From contig JAHHGU010000015.1 of NCBI GenBank assembly GCA_019359765.1, forward strand, positions 26,914 to 90,913: DNA of 64,000 bases. Direction: 5' to 3'. The notes beneath the pieces were generated by a model. It was given only the letters and a program-made list of their open reading frames with translations. It was not told where the DNA came from and ran no database searches. This document shows positions 46,587 through 54,853 of this stretch, in pieces. A program made the translations under genes and the position numbers. Each line of letters starts with the position of its first letter. The first letter of the stretch is position 1. The stretch comes from Aphanothece sp. CMT-3BRIN-NPC111 (GTDB lineage: Bacteria > Cyanobacteriota > Cyanobacteriia > Cyanobacteriales > JAHHGU01).

Positions 46587-47657
46587 TTAATATGCTCCTT
46601 GCTTTTTCAGAACTACCTCAATGGTTTGGAGCAAGATTTTCAAGTCTAACCAGAGCGACCAGTTTTCGATATAAGAGCGATCTAAACGTACTACTTCTTC
46701 AAATTCCAGAATGTCCGACCGTCCCGACACTTGCCAAAGACCCGTCACGCCAGGCATAACTTCATTGCGAATGAAATGATGCTCAGAACACTTTTCTGCA
46801 TCCCTAACCGATAAAGGTCGAGGTCCGATAAGGCTCATTTCTCCCAAAAGAACATTAAAAATTTGGGGTAATTCATCCAAACTGTAACGGCGCAGAATTT
46901 TGCCTATACGGGTAATGCGAGGGTCGTCTTTAATTTTAAAGAGCACACCATCTTTGGTTTGATTAAGAGCTTCTAATTCTTTTTGTAAATGATCCGCATT
47001 AACAACCATGGTCCGGAATTTCCATACTTTAAATGAGCGACCATGTAAACCAATGCGAGTCTGCTTAAAAAAGACTGGACCTGGAGAGTCTAGCTTGATG
47101 AGTAAAGCGATTGCTAGATAAATTGGTGATGTTGCTACGAAAAACAAGGCAGAGAAACAAAAGTCAAATGCCCGCTTTATCGAAAAACCTGCACCCGTCA
47201 TTAGTGAATACTTAAAACTTTTATAAGGTATTTCTCCCAGTTGAGGAAATCCTTGATTTGAGTAATCTTGGTTTGCTTCAGTATCTAAAATATGCAAGGA
47301 GATGCCATATTTTTGAAAAGTCCACCAAATAAACATTCGATTTTTTATGGCGCCCCAAGCAACAAAAACTTCAGTGACACCCAAACGCTGAATTCTTTCC
47401 AACGTGGCTTTACGATTGGCTCTATCTAGCGAACTAGCATCCAGTAAACCCGCTATTTCATAATTTTTTTCTTTTTTTATTAATCCAGAAATTTTTTCTC
47501 TATCTGTTGGATCGCCAATAATGAAGGTAGATTGGGAACTCGTTAAAAACAGTGCAATAAATCTCAGCCATAATACAGACCAAAACTTATGCGATCCTGT
47601 GAATACAGGTGCCCGTAAATCAACGTTGTTAAATTCATTCCATGTAGAAAATGTCAT
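46587..47657 (-). CDS. Polyprenyl-phosphate glycosyl-1-phosphate transferase (bacterial sugar transferase, WbaP/EPS-priming type)
   Basis: Motifs [27 protein letters not shown] and [21 protein letters not shown]. Confidence 0.9.
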   Translation of the reverse strand: MTFSTWNEFNNVDLRAPVFTGSHKFWSVLWLRFIALFLTSSQSTFIIGDPTDREKISGLIKKEKNYEIAGLLDASSLDRANRKATLERIQRLGVTEVFVAWGAIKNRMFIWWTFQKYGISLHILDTEANQDYSNQGFPQLGEIPYKSFKYSLMTGAGFSIKRAFDFCFSALFFVATSPIYLAIALLIKLDSPGPVFFKQTRIGLHGRSFKVWKFRTMVVNADHLQKELEALNQTKDGVLFKIKDDPRITRIGKILRRYSLDELPQIFNVLLGEMSLIGPRPLSVRDAEKCSEHHFIRNEVMPGVTGLWQVSGRSDILEFEEVVRLDRSYIENWSLWLDLKILLQTIEVVLKKQGAY

Positions 47658-47802
47658 ATTTCAGAACCTTCTTACGAGTATGTAAATTTTTAATGACTGA
47701 ATAGTGAAATTGGTTCCTGGGCTTTTCTTATATTCAAGATACGAAAAAAAAATGAATAACTTGTGAAGCAGAGAGTAATTTATTCCAGAAGCTCTGCGAT
47801 CG

Positions 47803-48366
47803 CTACTGGCCTTGAGGTTGAGCCAAAGCAGTTGCAATCTTAGCTGGCAGCGTCAGCAGGTTAAAGGGCTTAATAATGATTGCTTTTACAGGGAGTTCCG
47901 GTTCCGTCCACCGTAGGCACTTGCCTAGTGATGAGGCAGCCGTGTACAAAATGACTGGGATATGTTTAGTAGCAAGGTTCTCTTTGAGTAGGCTCAGGGT
48001 GGTGAGACCATCCATGCGAGGCATAATCAAGTCCAGGAGAATTACATCCGGCTGCATTGCTTCAGCTTGGACTACCCCCTCCCTGCCTGAACTGGCGGTT
48101 AGTACATTCCAGTTTCCGATGGTTTCGAGGCAGAGCTGAATGATTTCTAGGGTATCGCCCTCGTCATCAATGACAAGGATACGTTTAGTAGTCAATGTAA
48201 CAGCTCCCTTCAGCATTGCTTGATTATTATCTTGGTGATGGCTCTGCGGTGGTAATTGCTCTGAATGAAGACAGGAGGCGCAGCGAGCGACACCCATACT
48301 TAAAGTGGGCTGAAGATCTAGCAATAATTCCACTTCCGGCTGATGGCTCTTAGTTGCAAACATCAA
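47803..48366 (-). CDS. CheY-like response regulator receiver with an N-terminal extension and no output domain
   Basis: Motifs ILVIDDEGDT, DVILLDLIMPRMDG, ILYTA and IIIKPF. The first roughly 60 aa are unassigned, so the true start could be internal. Confidence 0.8.
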   Translation of the reverse strand: MMFATKSHQPEVELLLDLQPTLSMGVARCASCLHSEQLPPQSHHQDNNQAMLKGAVTLTTKRILVIDDEGDTLEIIQLCLETIGNWNVLTASSGREGVVQAEAMQPDVILLDLIMPRMDGLTTLSLLKENLATKHIPVILYTAASSLGKCLRWTEPELPVKAIIIKPFNLLTLPAKIATALAQPQGQ

Positions 48367-48684
48367 TGTGACGCAGTTTTGTGGCTGCGGGCGATCGCTC
48401 TACATTGAAACTAGAATCAAAAAATGAAGAACTTAAGAAGAAATTAAGAATTAGCTTAAAAATCTGGAGTTTAACTATGGGGGAGTTTGAGGTGCTATAA
48501 GTCCCGCGCTCTATCTGAAAGATGAGCGCCGGGATACATGGACCCCTCAAGCAGATTTTATCCGGACTTCTTGGATAGCTTAAAGCCTAGAGAATTAGGG
48601 GTATTGCTTCTGCTGAAGTCATGTTGAACTCCGGGTAGCTCATCTAGCAGCCCTAAATAACTCATATGATGTCCGCGCTTATTA

Positions 48685-48732
48685 CCCATACAAGTTGACC
48701 CTTCGACTATGCTCAGGGTCAACTTGTATGGG
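48685..48732. repeat. Perfect 18-bp stem / 12-nt loop hairpin
   Basis: cccatacaagttgaccct tcgactatgctc agggtcaacttgtatggg. Confidence 0.85.
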
Positions 48733-48829
48733 CGGGAAAGCCCAAGATATTTGTGGGCAGGAGATTTTCTCAGATTTACCCGCCCCTATGCATGTGGTTT
48801 TTACCTCAAATGAACCGTATGGCAACAGG

Positions 48830-49003
48830 TCATGGTATGCCGAAATGGTTAAGTACCAGCATAGAAATGGCACAAAAAATAATCTCCACGATCACCTGTG
48901 ACGTTGTTGGTTTTTGAGTAGTTTGAGCTAAGACAGCTTGGGCAGTAACAACCAAAAATATGAGGGTGTAGAGAAAAATTACTACAAATTTTCGCTTTGC
49001 CAC
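48830..49003 (-). CDS. Possible small secreted/membrane peptide (57 aa, GTG start)
   Basis: Manual translation gives (M)AKRKFVVIFLYTLIFLVVTAQAVLAQTTQKPTTSQVIVEIIFCAISMLVLNHFGIP. It has a signal-peptide-like N-terminus and a second hydrophobic stretch. Below the track cutoff, and no clear RBS. Confidence 0.25.
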   Translation of the reverse strand: MAKRKFVVIFLYTLIFLVVTAQAVLAQTTQKPTTSQVIVEIIFCAISMLVLNHFGIP

Positions 49004-49050
49004 ACTTTATGTTTTCTAAATCAGGGACTTATTGAACTGAGCCACAACAA

Positions 49051-50163
49051 TTAGGTGAGACCCAATACATCAAGATATTGTTGGGTTATAGCTTCCAATG
49101 AGAATTGGTTAAGCCAATCTGGCTCAACATGTTTGGTCTCGCCAGCTAACACCTTCAAGATAGCTTCTGCCAGCGCTTGACTATCTCCCACAGGAACCAG
49201 TGAACCGTACTTACCATTGTCGAGAATCTCAGCAGGTCCACTCTCACAGTTTGTAGAAACCACTGGGGTTCCCACAACCATAGCTTCTACGATGACATTG
49301 CCAAAACCCTCCCAGCGGGAGGACAACGCAAACACTGCGGCCCGCGCCATGTAAGCGTAGGGGTTATTCACATAACCAGGTAAGGCTACATCATCCTCTA
49401 GTCCTAACTCTTGCACCAGCGCTTCCAGCTGCAGTCGGTCTGGCTCTGGCCCCCAGCCCAAAATCATCAGCCGTACAGGTTGTACCTGTCTTACCTGAGC
49501 AAACGCACGAATCAGGGTGGGAAAGTCTTTTTGTGGTTCTAACTTCCCCACCCCCAGAATCACCCTTGGTTCCCCAGCGGCAAACCAAGGGTGATCCACA
49601 GGCGCTTTCGCCTTTTCTGCAAGCTCAGGAGTTATGGCAGGGTTGTAAATTACTCGGATACTATCCAAGGGAAGGCCTGTGACTTGAGTCAGATCCTTGG
49701 CAACACCCTGGGAAATTGCCACGACCCCATCCGCCCAAGGATAGAAGAGGCGCGCCAGCAAAGGTGTCTGACGCTTCACCAGCCGCGTTTCATTGCGCGA
49801 TCGCAAAGAAAGCGTGTTTTGTTCACAGACCACCACCCTTGTGGATACCCCAGAGAGGCGTTTAGCTGCCACAGCAATTTCATTATTAAAGTGCAAGGCT
49901 GAGAGCAGAGCTACGGGTTGCTCTTGGCGCAGATAACGCATCAGAGCTTTAAGACTTGCGAAATTATTTGAACTGCCCAGATCGACAATCCGCACATCAG
50001 GCGGCACCTTCCACTGATGGGGGCCTCCTGCTTGGCTGAGTACAAAATCGACATTCAGTTCTTGTTGGGCAAAGCCGCGAGCCAAATTCGCCATCGCCGC
50101 CTCAGCACCACCACCACCCAGGTAGCGGAGAAAAAGGGCAACACGAGGTGGAACTTTCGTCAT
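49051..50163 (-). CDS. Glycosyltransferase, GT4 family (tandem paralog 1)
   Basis: Motifs VALFLRYLGGGGAE and FALSSRWEGFGNVIVEAMVVGTPVVSTNCESGPAE. Confidence 0.88.
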   Translation of the reverse strand: MTKVPPRVALFLRYLGGGGAEAAMANLARGFAQQELNVDFVLSQAGGPHQWKVPPDVRIVDLGSSNNFASLKALMRYLRQEQPVALLSALHFNNEIAVAAKRLSGVSTRVVVCEQNTLSLRSRNETRLVKRQTPLLARLFYPWADGVVAISQGVAKDLTQVTGLPLDSIRVIYNPAITPELAEKAKAPVDHPWFAAGEPRVILGVGKLEPQKDFPTLIRAFAQVRQVQPVRLMILGWGPEPDRLQLEALVQELGLEDDVALPGYVNNPYAYMARAAVFALSSRWEGFGNVIVEAMVVGTPVVSTNCESGPAEILDNGKYGSLVPVGDSQALAEAILKVLAGETKHVEPDWLNQFSLEAITQQYLDVLGLT

Positions 50164-50232
50164 GCTAAGGACTCTCCAGTTCTACGTTAAGGAAATGAGG
50201 CTGAATGAATGCAATTGGGGAGTTAAAGTCAT

Positions 50233-51348
50233 TTAGGTGGCAGTGATGCCTAAAGCTTCCAAGTACTGGCGAGTGGTTGTTTCCAGACTGAATTGAGTCA
50301 GCCAAGCAGGGTCAATTGGCTTCGAGTCGCCAGCCAACACCTGCAATATCGCTGTCCCTAGAGCCTGACTATCTCCTACTGGCACCAATGAACCGTACTT
50401 ACCATGATCCAGAATCTCAGCAGGACCACTCTCACAGTTTGTAGAAACTACTGGCGTTCCCACAGCCATAGCTTCTACGATGACATTGCCAAAACCCTCC
50501 CAGCGAGAGGACAATGCAAACACAGCTGCCCGCGCCATGTAAGCATAGGGATTGTTCACAAAACCAGGCATAGTAATATCACTTTCTAAGCCTAGTTCCT
50601 GCACCAGTGCCTCAAGAGCAGGGCGACTTCCAGCATTATCCCCCAAAATCATCAGCCGAGCTGGTCGCACCTGCCGTACCTGAGCAAAGGCTCGGATGAG
50701 CGTGAGGAAGTCCTTTTGCCCAACTAACCTCCCCACCCCCAGAACCACTGGCGGTTCTCCAGGCGCAAACCAAGGGTGGTCTACAGGCTCTTTTGCCCTT
50801 TCTGCTAGTTCAGGAGTTACTATCGGGTTGTAAATTACCCGAATGCGTTCTGAGGGTAATTTAGTTAACTGACTCAAGTCTTTGGCTACTCCCTGGGAAA
50901 CTGCCACGATGTCATCAGCCCAGGGATAAAATAATTTGGCCCACAGAGGCGTCCACCGCTCCACAATCCGAGATGTATGTTGAGCATACTGGGAAAGGGT
51001 GTTTTGCTCACAAACCACTAACCGTGTGGGTACTCCAGACAGGCGCTTAGCCCATAAGGCCACCTCGTTGCCATAATGCATAGTTGATAGTAGGGCTGTA
51101 GGTCGCTCCCGTCGCAGGTAGCGGATCAAATCCGGAAGGCTGGTTGATGTCTGTGATGCTTTTAGCTCTATTATTCGCACTTCAGGGGGTATCTGAGCCA
51201 GGTAAGGTCCTTTTGCCTGAATCAATACTAGATCTACCTTTAAGCCTTGTTTGACAAAGGTACAGGCCAGATTCGCCATTACTCGCTCAGCACCACCTCC
51301 ATCTAGAGAGTAGACAAACAAAGCAACATTAGGTGAATTGTCAGCCAT
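50233..51348 (-). CDS. Glycosyltransferase, GT4 family (tandem paralog 2)
   Basis: Motifs VALFVYSLDGGGAE and FALSSRWEGFGNVIVEAMAVGTPVVSTNCESGPAE. The C-terminal half is nearly identical to 49051-50163. Confidence 0.88.
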   Translation of the reverse strand: MADNSPNVALFVYSLDGGGAERVMANLACTFVKQGLKVDLVLIQAKGPYLAQIPPEVRIIELKASQTSTSLPDLIRYLRRERPTALLSTMHYGNEVALWAKRLSGVPTRLVVCEQNTLSQYAQHTSRIVERWTPLWAKLFYPWADDIVAVSQGVAKDLSQLTKLPSERIRVIYNPIVTPELAERAKEPVDHPWFAPGEPPVVLGVGRLVGQKDFLTLIRAFAQVRQVRPARLMILGDNAGSRPALEALVQELGLESDITMPGFVNNPYAYMARAAVFALSSRWEGFGNVIVEAMAVGTPVVSTNCESGPAEILDHGKYGSLVPVGDSQALGTAILQVLAGDSKPIDPAWLTQFSLETTTRQYLEALGITAT

Positions 51349-51431
51349 TATTCGGGTTCCCCAGTTTTATATCTGGTGAACTATATGGTATAGCAGTGCT
51401 TCCTTAAGAGGCAAATTCCTGCCAGCTTGCC

Positions 51432-53306
51432 TTAATGCCCTACATACAAGGGCATTATTTTACCATATGTCGTACGTCCGGGAAGTCCTACATCCGAAAA
51501 CACCTGAGCAACGCCGCCCCTGTTCTCTTGTATCAAAGTTGCATAGCGGGAATTTAACCCATAGGCACTCTCACCAATGGAAACAGAAAGCGAGGATTCA
51601 TCGTTTAAAAAAGCTGGCTGATAGGTGGGCACTTGATCGATGGGATAAAGCAACCCGCCGAGTACTTCTGTTTTGCCACCAGCACGGGTTTCTATGGCGG
51701 TGCCCACTTCTTCTGTCTTCAAACCTAGTATCCACAATGTACTGCCGTTGTTAAAGATTTTTGTGCCGACAATTTCAGCGTTTATCTGTCGAGCCCAAAC
51801 TTGCTGATTGTTAAATATCCAGGGTGCCCCTGTCACATCCTCGATGAATAGCTTGCCAGCACCTGGCGTATTTCGATAAGCTTTTCCACTCAGTCCACTA
51901 TTTCGGATAACTAGAGTATTAGGAGAAGCGTGTTCTATAAAAGTGAAGTTTACAGGGTCACTCAGATAGGCACCTTGAAAACGTTCAAAAACAACAGTAC
52001 TTTGGTTCCCAGGTTCAAAGCGAAAGGCAGCTAAGTCAGAGCTTTTCAACGGGTCAACCACATTAATGGTAGACCACAAACCCATAATTCTCCTGACATT
52101 ACCGCGTACATGAATCGTATTGCTGATCTTATAACTACCAAACGGGAAGTAGATTGTTGCCTTGCCTGAATCCATCGCTGCTTGGATAGCGGCGGTGTCA
52201 TCGGTGATGCCGTCTCCCTTGGCTCCGTAGAGCTTGACACTTACCCAATTGTAGGATAAATCCCACTTCACGTCTGGAGTGTCCAGGATGGGGAGCTTTA
52301 AATGACCTTGTGGAGATGGGAACAAGCTGTAAATGGTTTCGGAGACATACTCGCTCAGTGATAATTCTGGAATAACTATATTTTTGTTGTTGAGAGCCGC
52401 TAGATACCCGGACGTATTAATATTGCGCAAATACATTTCTCCGGCAGCGTTTTGGATCGCTACATTAGTGAAGGAACCGCCGGTTAAGTTCCCGTCGATC
52501 AACGTCACTAGACCCCAGTCACCAATATTCTGGATGGCGGGCACAGTGTTGATACTTGTCATACCCCGGATGGATGAGATGTTGTCCTGGTTGACAAAGC
52601 CAGCTTGCCTTTGGTTCATGAGGGTTATGTTCTCAAAAACCATGCTGTAGTCTTGGGCACCGACCCTGATTCCCTGATCGAAACCGTCTACTGTGAGGTT
52701 CCGGATGAGGCCAGGACCTGGAAACGGCTTCGTTAAAAGCAGCCCTCTTGCTCCCACTTTGTTTAGGTCGCTAGAGCGGATAGTGACATCACGGATACCG
52801 CCGACGTTGTTATTGATAAAGTTGATACCTACTGCGCCAGGATTACCAGAACCGATATCCACAGTGAGGTTGAAAATATAGTTGTAAAACGCTTGAGCAG
52901 TAGTGCTGCCATCAAAGGTCGAGATGACGAACTTGCGGTTGTTAGGGTCGTCAAATCCCGTAGCATTATTCTTAAGCTTGATGATAGTTTGAGCTTGGCT
53001 TTGGCCTTGCAACATCAACCGCTTGCCGGAGCCACCCCACGTAAGATTGTCGCTGATTAAGTAGGTGCCATTGGGAAAATAAACAGGCTTTTTATAATTT
53101 ACGTTATCGTTAAGTGCCTGCTGGATTGCAGCCGTGTCGTCTGTTACACCATCTCCTTTGGCGTTGTAGGGTGCTTTCTTGACATTGATCATTCCCGCAT
53201 CTGCCGGAAAGACAATGTTTTCCGCTCTTGTCGGAGATGACAGCATCACTACTGAGCCAAGCAACACCATTACGGGAATGACTTTCATTATTAACCTCAA
53301 CTTCAA
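51432..53306 (-). CDS. Secreted right-handed beta-helix protein (pectate-lyase superfamily), paralog of 36971-38986
   Basis: Signal peptide MKVIPVMVLLGSVVMLSSPTRA, with a likely ATG start at 53288. Motifs YNAKGDGVTDDTAAIQQAL and YGAKGDGITDDTAAIQAAMDSGKATIYFPFGSY. Confidence 0.7.
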   Translation of the reverse strand: MKLRLIMKVIPVMVLLGSVVMLSSPTRAENIVFPADAGMINVKKAPYNAKGDGVTDDTAAIQQALNDNVNYKKPVYFPNGTYLISDNLTWGGSGKRLMLQGQSQAQTIIKLKNNATGFDDPNNRKFVISTFDGSTTAQAFYNYIFNLTVDIGSGNPGAVGINFINNNVGGIRDVTIRSSDLNKVGARGLLLTKPFPGPGLIRNLTVDGFDQGIRVGAQDYSMVFENITLMNQRQAGFVNQDNISSIRGMTSINTVPAIQNIGDWGLVTLIDGNLTGGSFTNVAIQNAAGEMYLRNINTSGYLAALNNKNIVIPELSLSEYVSETIYSLFPSPQGHLKLPILDTPDVKWDLSYNWVSVKLYGAKGDGITDDTAAIQAAMDSGKATIYFPFGSYKISNTIHVRGNVRRIMGLWSTINVVDPLKSSDLAAFRFEPGNQSTVVFERFQGAYLSDPVNFTFIEHASPNTLVIRNSGLSGKAYRNTPGAGKLFIEDVTGAPWIFNNQQVWARQINAEIVGTKIFNNGSTLWILGLKTEEVGTAIETRAGGKTEVLGGLLYPIDQVPTYQPAFLNDESSLSVSIGESAYGLNSRYATLIQENRGGVAQVFSDVGLPGRTTYGKIMPLYVGH

Positions 53307-53478
53307 GGGGCGATCGCTTTTGACAAAATTATCTGACCACGACAGTGTAGCAACGAGCTTTCGAGCTGATAGTTGTATTATTACTATTACGCTAAAGGGC
53401 TACTATACATTAAGACAGTTTGTGGGGCTGGAAACTGGGCAGTCTTCCTAAGCCCCAATACCCTTTTATTTTGCATCT

Positions 53479-54771
53479 ATGTCTAGCAGAAAGGTTGACA
53501 TTAATTCCTCTGAGCTAACTCCTAATGCTTCGCGAACAGAGAACGCTTCACGCAAGCTGATGCTATTCGATCTCTCCATTAATGGTCATCATCCAGCTTA
53601 TATCACCCATTTGATCCGGTATTGGTGTGAAAATCAATTATCTGGATATCTGGATATTGTTGTATCACCAAAATTCATACAGCATCACTATGATGTTGTA
53701 GAAATAGCTTCAAATTACGATGTAAGCAATGTTAATTTTGTGGCAATTGACTCAGAGGCAGAAGCAGCTCTTAAATCTAGAAAATCTGGTGTTAATCGGA
53801 CTGCCCGCGCTTTCCAGGAGTGGGATTTACTTTGTCACTACGCTGGTTCATTAAAGGCTACTCAATGCTTGATTATGTACTTTGATACCTGCCAGATACC
53901 GCTCGTTTTTGGGAAAAAACCGTGTTGTCCGGTTTCCGGTATCTATTTTAGGCCCACCTTTCATTACAGCAACTTCGCTCACTTTGTACCTTCTTGGCAA
54001 GATCGTTTGCAGCAATGGCGGGAGAAGCTGCTGCTGTCCCGCGTGTTGCAGCATCCCCAGTTGCAAACCTTGTTCTGCCTAGACCCATTTGTTGTCCAAC
54101 ACATAGACCAATTTCATAGCTCAGTCAATTTTGTGCCGTTGCCAGACCCAGTTCCACTTACCACTGTCTCTGAGACTCAAGTTATCAGTTTAAGGGAGCG
54201 CTTAGGCATTGACCCTGATAAACAAGTGTTTATCTTGTTTGGAGCCTTAACGGGACGCAAGGGTATTGATCAATTACTAGAAGCAGTGGCGATGTTACCA
54301 CCTGAGCTGAGCCAGAAATTTTGTTTGGTTCTCGCAGGGCAAGCTAACCCTCAAGAGCAGTCACGAATGGCAACCCACATCAGTGACATTTGTCAGGCTA
54401 GCCCAGTGCAAATTATTACTAATTATGAGTTTATTCCTGAGCCAGAGGTTCAGACTTATTTTCAACTTGCAGATGTGGTGTTGGCTCCCTACCAGCGCCA
54501 TGTCGGCATGAGCGGAATTTTGCTCTTAGCTGCTGCTGCCCAGAAACCTGTACTCAGTTCCGACTACGGCTTGATGGGAGAGATGGTGCAACGCTATAGC
54601 CTTGGTCTGACCGTTGACTCTACTATACCCGCAGAAATTGCGAGGGGATTGACTCGATTTCTGCTGGAGCCTCCTACAGAGTTGTGCGATCGCACTAGCA
54701 TGAAATCTTTTGCAGAACAGAATTCTGCCGAGCAATTTGCGAGTGTTATCTTCCAGTATGTCTTGTTATGA
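53479..54771 (+). CDS. Glycosyltransferase (GT-B fold, GT4-like C-terminal domain)
   Basis: Motifs FILFGALTGRKGIDQLLEAV and VVLAPYQRHVGMSGILLLAAAAQKPVLSSDYGLMGE. This is the only plus-strand gene in the EPS cluster. Confidence 0.65.
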   Translation: MSSRKVDINSSELTPNASRTENASRKLMLFDLSINGHHPAYITHLIRYWCENQLSGYLDIVVSPKFIQHHYDVVEIASNYDVSNVNFVAIDSEAEAALKSRKSGVNRTARAFQEWDLLCHYAGSLKATQCLIMYFDTCQIPLVFGKKPCCPVSGIYFRPTFHYSNFAHFVPSWQDRLQQWREKLLLSRVLQHPQLQTLFCLDPFVVQHIDQFHSSVNFVPLPDPVPLTTVSETQVISLRERLGIDPDKQVFILFGALTGRKGIDQLLEAVAMLPPELSQKFCLVLAGQANPQEQSRMATHISDICQASPVQIITNYEFIPEPEVQTYFQLADVVLAPYQRHVGMSGILLLAAAAQKPVLSSDYGLMGEMVQRYSLGLTVDSTIPAEIARGLTRFLLEPPTELCDRTSMKSFAEQNSAEQFASVIFQYVLL

Positions 54772-54825
54772 AGTTATTTTAGTAGAGGATCTGTCACATC
54801 TTTGAAACTTACCTATATTCCTCAA

Positions 54826-54853
54826 AAATGGTGACCTCTCAACGTCACCATTT
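54826..54853. terminator. 10-bp hairpin between the convergent GT and wzc-like genes
   Basis: aaatggtgac ctctcaac gtcaccattt. The right arm contains the wzc-like stop codon. Confidence 0.5.
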
